Below are positions 18,075 through 28,086 of a stretch of DNA of 64,000 bases, one piece after another; position 1 is the stretch's first letter, and every line of letters starts with the position of its first letter. The position numbers and the translations under genes were made by a program. A model generated the notes under the pieces. It made no database searches. It was not told the DNA's origin and saw nothing but the letters and a program-made list of their open reading frames with translations. The stretch comes from Bacteroidaceae bacterium (GTDB lineage: Bacteria > Bacteroidota > Bacteroidia > Bacteroidales > Bacteroidaceae), in NCBI GenBank assembly GCA_017645655.1, contig JAGCNZ010000096.1:24187-88186 (forward strand), written 5' to 3'.

Positions 18075-18082
18075 TAAATTTG
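18075..18082 (+). promoter_or_regulatory. -7 box (TAAATTTG) upstream of the GH59 gene
   Basis: Lies 69 nt upstream of ATG 18151 and immediately downstream of array A3. Confidence 0.45.
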
Positions 18083-18150
18083 CAAAGAAGAACTGATGTG
18101 CAGACTGATTTTCGTTTGCATAGAACGGATAAACGAAAGAACATTCAACC

Positions 18151-20181
18151 ATGAGAAAGATTTTGTTTTCGATTGTAATATCTCTGATTTGCTCTGGCAC
18201 CGTGCCAGCTCAAACGGTGCGACTGAGCGCACAATCTTCAGGCAAGCAGTTCGACGGCATTGGCGTAGTCGACGGAGGTGGAGCGACTTCGGTTCTGCTG
18301 AAAGACTATCCGGAACCTCAGCGCCAACAAATCATCGACATGGTTTACAAGCCCATGTTCGGAGCTTCCATCAGTGCTTTGCTCGTGGAAATACCCGGCG
18401 ACGGGAACTCTACTCAGGGCTCGATGCCTTCGCACAGTCATTTCCGTGGCGATGCAAACTTTGAACGAGGCTACATTTGGTGGGTGATGAAGGCTGCCAA
18501 GAAGAGCAATCCCCAGCTCTCGCTCGATGCCACTTCTTGGAGCGCTCCAGCTTGGGTGGGCAATTTCTGGTCGGAAGATATGGTCGATTATTACATTTCT
18601 TGGTTGCAAGGATTGAGGGAAGTTCACGGACTGGAGCTGGATGCCCTCGGATGTCACAATGAGAAGGGCTACAACTACGACTTTGCCAAGCATTTGCGCC
18701 AAGCCATGAACGAGCGGGGCTTTGCGAACGTGAAACTTCATGGCTTTGGCAATTGGGGCGAAAGCAAGATGGATTTCCTGAAGGAAATGCAGAAGGATTC
18801 AGCTTTGGCTGCTGCCCTCGATGCTGTATGTGCCCACACTTTCAGCGAAATCCCACTCTCGAAAGAGCAACGCGACATATGTGAAGACATGGGCAAACCC
18901 ATTTGGAACTCGGAAGACCACTTCTATCTGCCAGGCTTCGACGCGCTCATCAGTATCGTGAAAGGCTTCAACGAGAACTATATTGTCAGCGGCGCAACGA
19001 AGATTATAAACTGGTACGGCATTGCCGGAGTCTATCCCCTCGAACCATATTCACTCTATCCTGCAATGCTCCTGGCTCGAGAACCCTGGAGCGGCAGCTA
19101 CGAGGTTCGGGAAGCGCTTTGGGGCTATGCTCATTATGGGCAGTTCAGTCAAGTCGGATGGCGTTACGTTGACGATGGTTGCATGAAGTTGAGCGAAGGC
19201 GGCACAATGGTAACATTGCGCAATCCCGATACAGGAGACTTTAGCATTATCCTCGAAACAAAGGGCGCAAAGAGTGAGCAAGAGGTCAAGTTCGAGGTTG
19301 CAAAAGGCCTGAAGAAAGGTAAGCTTTGCCTTTGGTATAGCGATAAGGACAGGCAGTTTGTTCGCCAAGAAGACATCTCGCCAAAAGGAGGGACATTTAG
19401 CCTGAAACTCCATCCCGATGCTGTCTACTCTGTCTCCACTTTGACGGGTCAGCAGAAAGGCTCTTTCACAGGGATTCCCGATTCCCAACCTTTCCCTCTC
19501 CCTTATACGGATGACTTCGAGAACTATCTTCCACCTTCCAGCTACGGCTACCTTCCACATTATACGGCTGACCTGATTGGCTGCTTCGAACTGGTGGAGA
19601 GCCCTGACCATAAAGGACAATGTATCCGACAAACTGTTGGCGAACATACACTCAGCTGGGCTCCCGAATGGCATCACTACACAATTCTCGGCGATTCGGC
19701 TTGGCGAGATTATGAGGTGAGTGCCGATGTCTGGTTGAATCCTGGTGACGAAGCTGCGGTAATGGGTCGCCTTTGTGACGTGGGCTCTGGCTATGGAATA
19801 TGGGCCAAAGGTTATTACTTGAAACTCGACGACCAAGGCAATTGTTCGCTTGTTCTCTCTTGTGGCAAGCGCAACCAAAGAGAACTTGTCGGCGACAAAG
19901 AGCAACAAGCTTTGATACGAGCCCGCAAAGATGTGGAGGTAGGAGGAGAATACACTCTCGTCTCCACAAAAGTAGCAGGCATTTCAGCTTGTAAGTGGTA
20001 CAATCTGAAGTTGCGTTTCGAAAACAAACAACTGACAGGATATGTTGATGGAAAGCAGGTGCTTGCAACTACTTCCGACCATTACCTGAAAGGAATGGCA
20101 GGTCTTATGGCGCCTTTGCAGAAAAGTCGAGTCTGCACTCCTTACTTTGATAACCTGAAAATTACACCTGTACGTCAATAG
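18151..20181 (+). CDS. Glycoside hydrolase family 59 (galactosylceramidase-like beta-galactosidase)
   Basis: 676 aa with a signal peptide. FDGIGVVDGGGATSVLLKDYPEPQRQQIIDMVYKPMFGASISALLVEIPGDGNSTQGSMPSHSH, EPWSGSYEV and QPFPLPYTDDFENY align with my memory of human GALC ([56 protein letters not shown]). Confidence 0.8.
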   Translation: MRKILFSIVISLICSGTVPAQTVRLSAQSSGKQFDGIGVVDGGGATSVLLKDYPEPQRQQIIDMVYKPMFGASISALLVEIPGDGNSTQGSMPSHSHFRGDANFERGYIWWVMKAAKKSNPQLSLDATSWSAPAWVGNFWSEDMVDYYISWLQGLREVHGLELDALGCHNEKGYNYDFAKHLRQAMNERGFANVKLHGFGNWGESKMDFLKEMQKDSALAAALDAVCAHTFSEIPLSKEQRDICEDMGKPIWNSEDHFYLPGFDALISIVKGFNENYIVSGATKIINWYGIAGVYPLEPYSLYPAMLLAREPWSGSYEVREALWGYAHYGQFSQVGWRYVDDGCMKLSEGGTMVTLRNPDTGDFSIILETKGAKSEQEVKFEVAKGLKKGKLCLWYSDKDRQFVRQEDISPKGGTFSLKLHPDAVYSVSTLTGQQKGSFTGIPDSQPFPLPYTDDFENYLPPSSYGYLPHYTADLIGCFELVESPDHKGQCIRQTVGEHTLSWAPEWHHYTILGDSAWRDYEVSADVWLNPGDEAAVMGRLCDVGSGYGIWAKGYYLKLDDQGNCSLVLSCGKRNQRELVGDKEQQALIRARKDVEVGGEYTLVSTKVAGISACKWYNLKLRFENKQLTGYVDGKQVLATTSDHYLKGMAGLMAPLQKSRVCTPYFDNLKITPVRQ

Positions 20182-20193
20182 CCAGAGTCCTAA

Positions 20194-21339
20194 TCATTTG
20201 AAACTCGGCAACTCGTCGCGCGTGACGACGCATTCCTGTTCCAGCGCGTCGTTCCACCACTCAATGTTGGCATTGCCGTGGTCGGTGCTGCCGAAGGCCT
20301 CACCGCTGGTCTTGTTGGTGCGTTCGTAGTCATACCAAGGGATGAGGAAACTCCAGTGTTGTCCGTCGGCCCATAGTTCCGAGACCTTCGGGATGTTTCC
20401 GAACTCGCTGATAGCGTAGAGTTTGCCTGGATAGGCCTCGTGGAAATAGTCGTACCAATAATGCATCTCGCTGAGATTCTTGTTATAGAAGTCGTAGGCC
20501 ACGATGTCAACATACTCGTCGCCGGGATACCAACGCTTCGAGTCGCCCGCGTTGAAGACCCAGATGAGGTTCGTCAAACCGTGGTGGTTCACCATCCTTT
20601 CGTACATCACGCGCCAGAGTTCCACGAAAGCCTCAGGTCCGTCGTTGCCCCACCAGAACCATGCTTTGTGCCAGTCAGTGCCGGGATTCGCTTCTGTCCA
20701 GTTGCCCTGGGCTTCGTGAAGAGGTCGCCAGAGCACTGGGGTTTTAGCACTCTTTGTGGCTTTCAGCCAACCCGCCACCTGGTCGATGCGGTCTATCATC
20801 GTTTTGTATTCCTCGCTGTTGGGCGAGAAGATGAATGATGGTCTGAAGCCTGTTTGCCCGGGGGCCGTGCCAGGCGTGCATGTCCAGTCGGTGCTGTCGT
20901 TCGTGAGCATGTTCCAGTGCCACATGGCCGACACGATGCCGCCTGCTCTGGACCAGTTCTGCCAAATCGTGTTGCTTGCGTAGTTTATCCATCCATTTGC
21001 GGAGGAATAGATATCGTGGATGAAGTCGAAGGTGTTGATGGCAGGGTATTTTCCCGTGTGCTTATACACCCATCTGGCCTCGTTGACGTTGTAGTTCACG
21101 CAGGCATGCGTGCCAGTCAGTATCTTTTGGCCAACGTTCTCTTCAAGATAGGCGAGCAGATTCTGTGCCTCCTGCGAGCGGTTGCTCCACTTTGGGATAG
21201 TCTCGAAACCTACGCTATCTACCGTCTCCACTTCAAAGCACACGGTTCTTCCGTCGGCTTTGTGGACGACCATATTCTGCACTTGTGCCTTCATCGTGAG
21301 GGCTGTTAGGGCAAAGAGGATTGTGATAATGTTCTTCAT
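20194..21339 (-). CDS. Glycoside hydrolase family 26 (beta-mannanase-like)
   Basis: 381 aa with a signal peptide. VLWRPLHEAQGNW...AWFWWG matches the GH26 RPxHE...WFWWG catalytic-region signature. It also has WVFNAGD and YVDIVAYDFY. Confidence 0.75.
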   Translation of the reverse strand: MKNIITILFALTALTMKAQVQNMVVHKADGRTVCFEVETVDSVGFETIPKWSNRSQEAQNLLAYLEENVGQKILTGTHACVNYNVNEARWVYKHTGKYPAINTFDFIHDIYSSANGWINYASNTIWQNWSRAGGIVSAMWHWNMLTNDSTDWTCTPGTAPGQTGFRPSFIFSPNSEEYKTMIDRIDQVAGWLKATKSAKTPVLWRPLHEAQGNWTEANPGTDWHKAWFWWGNDGPEAFVELWRVMYERMVNHHGLTNLIWVFNAGDSKRWYPGDEYVDIVAYDFYNKNLSEMHYWYDYFHEAYPGKLYAISEFGNIPKVSELWADGQHWSFLIPWYDYERTNKTSGEAFGSTDHGNANIEWWNDALEQECVVTRDELPSFK

Positions 21340-21426
21340 AGTAATTTAATAATGTAGGGACGCCGAAGCGTCCCTACTACCTTTATTCATGACGTCGTTA
21401 TGACGAATCTACGTGACATTGGCCGA

Positions 21427-24400
21427 TTAAAGCGACCAGTCTTCTTGCGTCTTGCGAACGTAGGTCTTGTAGCGGCGCTGAGCAGCTGCCTTACATGCGT
21501 CGTAGAGTTCCTGGGCCTCTTCGGGAGCGGCCTTCTTCAGAGAGAGGAAGCGCACCTCGCCCTCGAGGAATTCCTGGAACTTGTCCCAATCGGGCTCCTT
21601 GCTGTCGAGCTGGAAGGGAGTCTTGCCCTCTTCAGCCAGAGCGGGATTGTAGCGCCACAGATGCCAGTAGCCGCATTCAACAGCCTTTGCTTCCTCAGCC
21701 TGGCTCTTGCCCATACCGCCCTTAGCCTTCAGGCCGTGGTTGATACAGGGAGCGTAAGCGATGATGAGCGAAGGTCCGTGCCAAGCTTCAGCCTCGCGGA
21801 AGGCCTTCAGACACTGGCTCTGGTCGGCTCCCATTGCCACCTGAGCAACATAGACATTGCCATAAGTTGCCTGCATCAGGCCGAGGTCCTTCTTGCCCAC
21901 GCGCTTGCCGTTGGCTGCGAACTGGGCAATTGCGCCGATTGGTGTGGCCTTCGAGGCCTGACCGCCTGTATTGGAGTAAACCTCTGTGTCGATAACGAAG
22001 ATGTTGAGGTCTTCGCCAGAACCGATGACGTGGTCGAGACCGCCGTAACCGATGTCGTAAGAGGCACCGTCGCCACCGATAATCCACTGGCTGCGCTTCA
22101 CCAGGTAGTGGTCAAGTTCCTTGAGCTGTGCGCATGTGGGGCAACCAGCCTTCGCACCCTCGGCAATGAGAGGCTTCAGGGCAGCAGCTGCGGCCTTGGA
22201 GGCGTCGGCATCTTCCTTGCCGTCAATCCACTGCTGGGCAGCCTGCTTGAACTCTGCGCTGACCTTCTCGTCGGCAATCAGCTCCTCGAGCAGAGCGGTA
22301 ATGCGCATCTTTATCTTCTTGTTAGCCAAAACCATGCCGAGGCCGTACTCGCAGAAGTCCTCGAAGAGGGAGTTAGACCATGCAGGGCCTTGTCCCTTCG
22401 CATTCTTGGTGTAGGGAGTGGAAGGAATTGAGCCCGAGTAGATTGAGGAGCAACCGGTGGCGTTGGAGGCCATGATGCGGTCGCCGAAGAGCTGGCTCAT
22501 GAGCTTCACATAAGGTGTCTCGCCGCAACCTGAGCAGGCACCGCTGAACTCGAAGAGCGGCTGAGCGAACTGGCTGTTCTTCGGGCTCTGCTTGATATCC
22601 ACGAGGTCTTGCTTCGAGCTGACCTTCTTCACGCAGTATTCCCAGTTCTTTGCTTCCTGAGCAGCTTCGGCGCTTGAATCGTCGTAAGCCACCATCTTGA
22701 GAGCGGGACCTCCGAGCTTGGGATTGCCGGGGCAGACATCGGCACAGTTGCCGCAGCCCAGACAGTCTTTCACGCCGACCTGAATGACGAAGTGCATGCC
22801 CTTCATGGCAGCCGGAGCCTTCATCTCGATGGTCTTTCCCTCGAAGCCCTTCACCTCCTCGTCGTCCATGACGATAGGACGGATGCAAGCATGCGGGCAG
22901 ACGAAGGCGCACTTGTTGCACTGGATGCAGTTGTCGGGGTTCCAGACAGGCACGAAACCTGCCACACCGCGCTTCTCATAAGCTGCTGTGCCCTGTTCCC
23001 AAGCACCGTCCTCATAGCCCTTGTAAGCGCTGACGGGAAGGTCTGCACCATTCTGAGCGTTGATGGGACGGATGAGCTTCGTGATGTATTCGGGCTCGTC
23101 GTAAACGGGAGCTGGGTCGGCTGGCAGGTTGGCCCAAGCGGGGTCAACGGGCAGCACCTTGTACTCGCCGCCGCGGTCAACGGCTGCGAAGTTCATGTTC
23201 ACCACGTCCTCGCCTTTCTTGCCGTAGCTCTTCACGATGGCCTTCTTCATCTGCTCTACTGCGAGCTCTACGGGGATGACCTCCGTGATGCGGAAGAAAG
23301 CGCTCTGCAGGATGGTGTTCGTGCGGTTGCCGAGTCCAATCTCCTGAGCAATCTTAGTGGCGTTGATGTAATAGACGGTGATGTTCTTCTCTGCGAAGTA
23401 CTTCTTTATATTGTTCGGAATGAACTTCACAAGCTCGTCGCCCTCGAAGATGGTGTTCAGGAGGAACTGTCCGTTCGGGCGAAGGCCGCGAATCACGTCG
23501 TACATCTTCAGGTAAGCCTGCACGTGGCAAGCCACGAAGTTGGGCGTCTTAATCTGATAGGTGCTGCGGATTGGCGTGTCGCCGAAGCGCAGGTGCGAGC
23601 AAGTGAAGCCGCCTGACTTCTTCGAGTCGTAGCTGAAGTATGCTTGGCAGTACTTGTTCGTGTTGTCGCCGATAATCTTGACGCTGTTCTTGTTGGCGCC
23701 CACGGTGCCGTCAGCACCAAGGCCGAAGAACTTGGCTTCGAAGATGCCTTCGCCGCCCAGGGCCATCTCTTCCTTGACAGGCAGAGAGGTGTAGGTGAGG
23801 TCGTCCACGATACCGACAGTGAACTGGCGCTTTGGCTCGGGCAACTCAAGGTTCTCATAGACGCTGAGCATCATGGTGGGCGTCACGTCGGCTGAGCCGA
23901 GGCCATAACGTCCGCCTACGATGATGGGAGCGTTGGGCTGGCCGTAGAAAGCGTCGCGAACGTCGAGGTACAGAGGCTCGCCGTTTGCTCCAGGCTCCTT
24001 CGTGCGGTCGAGCACGGCGATGCGCTTCACGCTCTTGGGAACAGCGGCCAGCAGGTGCTTCACGCTGAACGGGCGATAAAGGTGAACGCTCACCATGCCA
24101 TACTTCTTGCCGTTGGCATTAGCGTAGTCGATAGCCTCGCGAGCAGCCTCGCTGGCAGACCCCATCAGAATGATAACCTGCTCTGCGTCCTCAGCACCGT
24201 AGTAGCTAAAGAGTTCGTACTTGCGACCTGTACGCTCGCTAATGGCTGCCATGTATTTCTCGACGATAGCGGGAACTGCATCATAGTAGCGGTTGCAGCT
24301 CTCACGATGAGCGAAGAACGTCTCGGGGTTCTCGGCCATACCCTTTGCCTGAGGATGCTCAGGAGAGAGGGCACGGGCGCGGAACTCGCTAAGAGCTTTC

Positions 24401-24996
24401 TGATTGACAAGGTCGCGAACATCGTCGTCCTCCAAAAGCTCTACCTTTTGATACTCATGGGAAGTGCGGAAGCCGTCGAAGAAATTGATGAAGGGCACGC
24501 GAGCCTCGAGAGCAGCGAGGTGGGCGACGGCACTGAGGTCCATCACTTCCTGCACGCTGCCTTCTGCCAGCATGGCGAAGCCCGTCTGGCGGCAAGCCAT
24601 CACGTCGCTATGGTCACCGAAGATGCACAGAGAGTGAGTGGCAAGTGTACGTGCCGATACGTGGAAGACGCTGGGCAGCAGTTCGCCTGCAATCTTGTAC
24701 ATATTGGGAATCATGAGCAGGAGGCCTTGGCTGGCAGTGAAGGTGCTTGTGAGTGCACCAGCCTGCAGCGAACCGTGTACGGCACCTGCGGCACCACCTT
24801 CGCTCTGCATTTCCTGAACCATTACTGTGTCGCCGAAGAGGTTCTTACGACCTTGAGCGGCCCACTCGTCGACATGCTCCGCCATAGGAGATGAGGGAGT
24901 GATAGGATAGATGGCAGCCACTTCGCTGAACATATAAGCCACATGTCCGGCACAGGTGTTACCATCCCAAGTCACAAATTTCTTTTCTTTTGCCAT
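21427..24996 (-). CDS. nifJ: Pyruvate:ferredoxin (flavodoxin) oxidoreductase
   Basis: 1189 aa. Two 4Fe-4S motifs (CIQCNKCAFVCPHACIRP and CLGCGNCADVCP), TPP motif GGDGASYDIGYGGLDHV, and N-terminal AAIYPITPSSPMAE. Confidence 0.95.
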   Translation of the reverse strand: MAKEKKFVTWDGNTCAGHVAYMFSEVAAIYPITPSSPMAEHVDEWAAQGRKNLFGDTVMVQEMQSEGGAAGAVHGSLQAGALTSTFTASQGLLLMIPNMYKIAGELLPSVFHVSARTLATHSLCIFGDHSDVMACRQTGFAMLAEGSVQEVMDLSAVAHLAALEARVPFINFFDGFRTSHEYQKVELLEDDDVRDLVNQKALSEFRARALSPEHPQAKGMAENPETFFAHRESCNRYYDAVPAIVEKYMAAISERTGRKYELFSYYGAEDAEQVIILMGSASEAAREAIDYANANGKKYGMVSVHLYRPFSVKHLLAAVPKSVKRIAVLDRTKEPGANGEPLYLDVRDAFYGQPNAPIIVGGRYGLGSADVTPTMMLSVYENLELPEPKRQFTVGIVDDLTYTSLPVKEEMALGGEGIFEAKFFGLGADGTVGANKNSVKIIGDNTNKYCQAYFSYDSKKSGGFTCSHLRFGDTPIRSTYQIKTPNFVACHVQAYLKMYDVIRGLRPNGQFLLNTIFEGDELVKFIPNNIKKYFAEKNITVYYINATKIAQEIGLGNRTNTILQSAFFRITEVIPVELAVEQMKKAIVKSYGKKGEDVVNMNFAAVDRGGEYKVLPVDPAWANLPADPAPVYDEPEYITKLIRPINAQNGADLPVSAYKGYEDGAWEQGTAAYEKRGVAGFVPVWNPDNCIQCNKCAFVCPHACIRPIVMDDEEVKGFEGKTIEMKAPAAMKGMHFVIQVGVKDCLGCGNCADVCPGNPKLGGPALKMVAYDDSSAEAAQEAKNWEYCVKKVSSKQDLVDIKQSPKNSQFAQPLFEFSGACSGCGETPYVKLMSQLFGDRIMASNATGCSSIYSGSIPSTPYTKNAKGQGPAWSNSLFEDFCEYGLGMVLANKKIKMRITALLEELIADEKVSAEFKQAAQQWIDGKEDADASKAAAAALKPLIAEGAKAGCPTCAQLKELDHYLVKRSQWIIGGDGASYDIGYGGLDHVIGSGEDLNIFVIDTEVYSNTGGQASKATPIGAIAQFAANGKRVGKKDLGLMQATYGNVYVAQVAMGADQSQCLKAFREAEAWHGPSLIIAYAPCINHGLKAKGGMGKSQAEEAKAVECGYWHLWRYNPALAEEGKTPFQLDSKEPDWDKFQEFLEGEVRFLSLKKAAPEEAQELYDACKAAAQRRYKTYVRKTQEDWSL

Positions 24997-25058
24997 AGTG
25001 TTGTGTTATGTTTCTTTTACCTTATTATTTATCTAATTTGATTCCGCAAGATGGAGTT

Positions 25059-26240
25059 TTAATAAAGGAACCCATACATCCAGAGCGGAATCTCCTGCTC
25101 CAAACCTTCCTTGATGCCGGCGAGGGCATAGAGGACGTCGGTGTTCTTGCGCTTTGGCTGTTCCAGGCAGATGCGGAACCTCATGTTCTTGTCCACGATG
25201 AAGGTGCAGCTGCGGTCGCCTTTTTGCACCTGATGACGGCCCCAAAGAGCGTTCTGGAAGAAAGTCTCCATAATCATCTGCTCGTCGTTGAAGTCGGGCA
25301 TCATGGCGTACATCAGGTTCGTGTTGTGAAGCAGGATGCTTGCGGGCTTCTTCGGGAAGTCCTCGCCTGGGCGATAGAGCATGTTGAGCAGGCGGGCATC
25401 GGTCAGGTACTTGATATAGTTCACTACCGTTGCTCGGCTTGTCTGCAGGTCTTGAGCAAGCTGACTGACGTTTGGAGCGCCATAGTCGCCAGTGGCAAGC
25501 AGGTAGAGCAACTTCTTTATCTTGGTCAGATACTTCAGGTCGATTTGCTTGATGAGCAGGATGTCCACCTCGATCATCATGTTGACGGCCTTCAGGAGGT
25601 TCTCGATGAAGCTTGCCTTCTCGAGGAAGAAGGGGTAATATCCATGATGAAGATAGTCGTTGAAGTAGTCGAGCGGATTGACTTGCTGCAGGACTTCCTC
25701 GGCGATGTGCTCGTGGCGGTTCTGAATTTCGCGAATGGTGTAAGGGCGGAAGTTAGTTCCTGCCCTGAGGTTCAGGTACTCGCGGAAGGAGAAGCCGCGC
25801 AGGTTGTAGCTTGCGCAGATGCCGTTCAGCTCAGGATTCTCCTCTTTCAGCCGCATCACGCTGGAGCCTGCAAAGACTACTTTCAGGTGTGGGCACCGGT
25901 CGTAGATGAGCCTAAGGTCGTGGCTCCAATCCGGGTACTTGAACACCTGGTCGATGAGCAATACCTTACCACCTGCCTGCATAAACTCTTGGGCAAACTG
26001 GAAGAGTGTCTTCCCCTGGAAGTAGAAGTTGTTCATGTTGATGTAGAGACATCTGCGGTCTCTCGGACCGAAGTTCTCTTTGGCATATTGGAGCAGGAAA
26101 GTTGTCCTTCCTACGCCGCGACTGCCTTTGATTCCGATGAGTCGCTTGTGCCAGTCAATTTCATCCATCAAGGCACGTCTGATGGGAGCTTGGGTGCGTT
26201 CCACCAGATACTGATGCATTCTATAGAAAGACTCGAACAT
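25059..26240 (-). CDS. AAA+ ATPase with DUF4143-type C-terminal domain
   Basis: 393 aa. Walker A-like GIKGSRGVGRTT, Walker B-like VLLIDQV, and a winged-helix-like C-terminus. Confidence 0.65.
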   Translation of the reverse strand: MFESFYRMHQYLVERTQAPIRRALMDEIDWHKRLIGIKGSRGVGRTTFLLQYAKENFGPRDRRCLYINMNNFYFQGKTLFQFAQEFMQAGGKVLLIDQVFKYPDWSHDLRLIYDRCPHLKVVFAGSSVMRLKEENPELNGICASYNLRGFSFREYLNLRAGTNFRPYTIREIQNRHEHIAEEVLQQVNPLDYFNDYLHHGYYPFFLEKASFIENLLKAVNMMIEVDILLIKQIDLKYLTKIKKLLYLLATGDYGAPNVSQLAQDLQTSRATVVNYIKYLTDARLLNMLYRPGEDFPKKPASILLHNTNLMYAMMPDFNDEQMIMETFFQNALWGRHQVQKGDRSCTFIVDKNMRFRICLEQPKRKNTDVLYALAGIKEGLEQEIPLWMYGFLY

Positions 26241-26266
26241 AATATATAAATAGATATTTTGCGCTG

Positions 26267-26274
26267 CAAAGATA
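26267..26274 (-). promoter_or_regulatory. -7 box (TATCTTTG on the minus strand) for the AAA ATPase gene
   Basis: The plus strand reads caaagata, 27 nt upstream of ATG 26240. Confidence 0.45.
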
Positions 26275-26299
26275 CAAAAAACTTTGCAAATTGCAAAGT
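26275..26299 (-). terminator. Hairpin plus T-run after mtgA
   Basis: Inverted repeat actttgca-aat-tgcaaagt (26281-26299), followed on the minus strand by TTTTT. Confidence 0.4.
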
Positions 26300-26327
26300 C
26301 TATATAGCAAAAAGTGCATTTTTTGCA

Positions 26328-27011
26328 CTATTTCTTTGGAAATACGTCGATGTGACGCATTTGTGTCATGATAGCTGTTTGCCTTTTGAGCATGTAGGCA
26401 GAGGGTTCTTTGCTGCTGAATTTCAGTGGATTTGGCAGGGTTGCAGCGATGAGGGCGCAGTTCGGGCGTGTCAATGTGATGGCTCGCCGGCCGAAATGTT
26501 GCTGGGCTACTGCTTCGGCGCCATAGATGCCGTTGCCCATTTCGATGGAGTTGAGATAGACTTCCATGATGCGCTGTTTGCCCCAGATTAGTTCGATGAG
26601 GACTGTGAAATAAGCCTCCAGTCCCTTTCGTGCCCAGCTTGCATCGGGCCACAGGAAGACGTTCTTTGCCGTCTGCTGGCTGATGGTGCTGCCGCCGCGA
26701 AAGCGTTTGCCGGTGCGCCGCTCTTTGAGTGTCTTGTTGATTTCGATGAAGTCGAAGCCGTTGTGGTCGAGGAAGCGTTGGTCTTCGCTTGCCATTACGG
26801 CTACGGGCATGTAGATGCTCATGGAGTCGAGGGGCACCCAATGGTGTTTGAGGCGCAGTTTCTCGCCATGATGCACCTGCTGTGCGCAGCGGATGACCAT
26901 AAGTGGCGTGACATAGACGGGGCACCACTTATAGATTAAAACAGCGAGGATTGTGCTCCCAAAGAACAGGAGCACAATCCATCGCATGAGTCGTTGAATC
27001 TTTCGAAGCAT
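26328..27011 (-). CDS. mtgA: Monofunctional biosynthetic peptidoglycan transglycosylase
   Basis: 227 aa with an N-terminal TM helix. GT51 motifs [12 protein letters not shown] and [13 protein letters not shown]. Confidence 0.85.
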   Translation of the reverse strand: MLRKIQRLMRWIVLLFFGSTILAVLIYKWCPVYVTPLMVIRCAQQVHHGEKLRLKHHWVPLDSMSIYMPVAVMASEDQRFLDHNGFDFIEINKTLKERRTGKRFRGGSTISQQTAKNVFLWPDASWARKGLEAYFTVLIELIWGKQRIMEVYLNSIEMGNGIYGAEAVAQQHFGRRAITLTRPNCALIAATLPNPLKFSSKEPSAYMLKRQTAIMTQMRHIDVFPKK

Positions 27012-27052
27012 AGTCTATCCCTTCTTTCTCGAAGGAAGGGCAGTTGACTTTC

Positions 27053-27778
27053 TTACTGGAGAGTGCCTTCAGTTGCAGCGTTGATCATTGCCTCGCTGGC
27101 ATAGAGATAAACCTCTACGCGGCGGCTTGCGTTGCGGTCTTCCTTACCGGCTGCGTCGTAGACGAGATAGGTGGGGTCTTCGCCGAAGCCGTGAGCCTTC
27201 TTAATCTGAGATGCTCTCACGCCGCAGGTGTTTGTCAGGTAGCTGCTGACGGCATTGGCGCGGTTTTGGCTGAGGGTGAGGTTTGTTGCGTCGCTGCCGT
27301 CGCTGCTTGCGAAGCCGTAGATGTCGACGTCGCAGTCAGTGTAGACGTTGAGCACGTTGTTAGCGAACTGACGCAGCGATTGCTGTGCGCTGGCCTGCAG
27401 GTCGCTCTTGCCAACCTTGAAGAGGATGCCGTTGTCGAACGTCACCTTTACGCCTTCCAGTCCGTTCTTGTCGGTGATTGTCTCGACCTGAGCGTTTGCT
27501 ACGGCTTCTGCTGCAGCCTTTGCCTTGTCCATCTTCCTGCCGATGAGTACGCCTGCGGTTGTGCCGCCTGCTACGCCTACGCCAGCACCGATGGCTGCAC
27601 CGAGCTTGGCGCCCTGGGAACCATTGATCAGTGCGCCGATTGCTGCGCCGAGGCCTGCGCCTACTGCGCCGCCGCCTGCGCCGCCAATGAGGCCGCCCTT
27701 GGCAGTATTGTTCATGTTACAGCCAGAGAGTACCAAGGCCATTGCCAAAGCACCCAGTAAAAGTTTCTTTGCTTTCAT
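27053..27778 (-). CDS. OmpA-family lipoprotein with N-terminal glycine-zipper region
   Basis: Lipobox LSGC, a Gly/Ala-rich zipper, and an OmpA_C domain (NLTLSQNRANAVSSYL...RRVEVYL). Confidence 0.8.
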   Translation of the reverse strand: MKAKKLLLGALAMALVLSGCNMNNTAKGGLIGGAGGGAVGAGLGAAIGALINGSQGAKLGAAIGAGVGVAGGTTAGVLIGRKMDKAKAAAEAVANAQVETITDKNGLEGVKVTFDNGILFKVGKSDLQASAQQSLRQFANNVLNVYTDCDVDIYGFASSDGSDATNLTLSQNRANAVSSYLTNTCGVRASQIKKAHGFGEDPTYLVYDAAGKEDRNASRRVEVYLYASEAMINAATEGTLQ

Positions 27779-27837
27779 TTGAGTAAATTTTATAAGTTAA
27801 TACTTTGTTGGGTTATCATTTCGTCCGTTTTCAGTTG

Positions 27838-27845
27838 CAAAGATA
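27838..27845 (-). promoter_or_regulatory. -7 box (TATCTTTG on the minus strand) for the ompA-family gene
   Basis: The plus strand reads caaagata, 60 nt upstream of ATG 27778. Confidence 0.45.
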
Positions 27846-27887
27846 AACATTTTTCGTTAAACAGATGTGTAATCGGCTTTTTTTTTG

Positions 27888-27895
27888 TACTTTTG
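27888..27895 (+). promoter_or_regulatory. -7 box (TACTTTTG), candidate proS promoter
   Basis: Preceded by a T9 run (27878-27886). It lies 208 nt upstream of proS ATG 28103, which would place array A4 in the leader. Confidence 0.35.
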
Positions 27896-27951
27896 CAGCC
27901 AGAATTTAACGAGAGAGACCTTTTTCAAGGGCTTTCTTGTTGAACTATGCA

Positions 27952-28086
27952 CACTGCGTTTGCAATCACGGCACGCTGTGTTTGCAAACATCACACGTGA
28001 TGTTTACAATTATTACACGTTATATTTAAAATATTACACGTGATATTTGAAATCATCCCACGGTGTGTTTTCAGACCTGACACGAT
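27952..28086. repeat. CACGTG-core phased repeat array, locus A4
   Basis: Cores CACGCT 27972, CACGTG 27994, CACGTT 28016, CACGTG 28037, CACGGT 28059, CACGAT 28081. Spacing 22/22/21/22/22. Confidence 0.8.

Noticed and set aside
17795-18150. A leader-peptide or attenuator region upstream of ilvD.
   Set aside because: The best -7 box (17830-17837) leaves a leader of only about 25-30 nt. I found no Ile/Val/Leu-rich mini-ORF and no alternative hairpins. The remaining upstream DNA is array A3 and the divergent GH59 promoter.
21355-21376. The hairpin tagggacgc-cgaa-gcgtcccta as the nifJ terminator.
   Set aside because: The stem is good, but on the minus strand it is followed by CATTATTAAATT rather than a T-run, and it lies 15 nt before the GH26 start. 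It may be a processing or stability stem and is left uncalled.
13387-26249. Other long antisense or alternative-frame ORFs: 13387-14439 (+), 16361-17485 (+), 19051-19908 (-), 21400-22431 (+), 22792-23616 (+), 24055-24894 (+) and 25008-26249 (+). Similar cases elsewhere are 35704-36867 (+), 37039-37758 (+), 40922-41707 (+), 50740-51525 (+), 53272-54219 (+) and 56004-56798 (-).
   Set aside because: Each one overlaps a gene with clear family motifs on the other strand or in another frame. Their translations are low-complexity and rich in Arg, Ala, Val and His, and none has an independent start context.
26221-26928. A 235-aa minus-strand ORF overlapping mtgA in another frame.
   Set aside because: The mtgA frame carries the GT51 motifs. 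This frame is Arg/His/Pro-rich with no motif.
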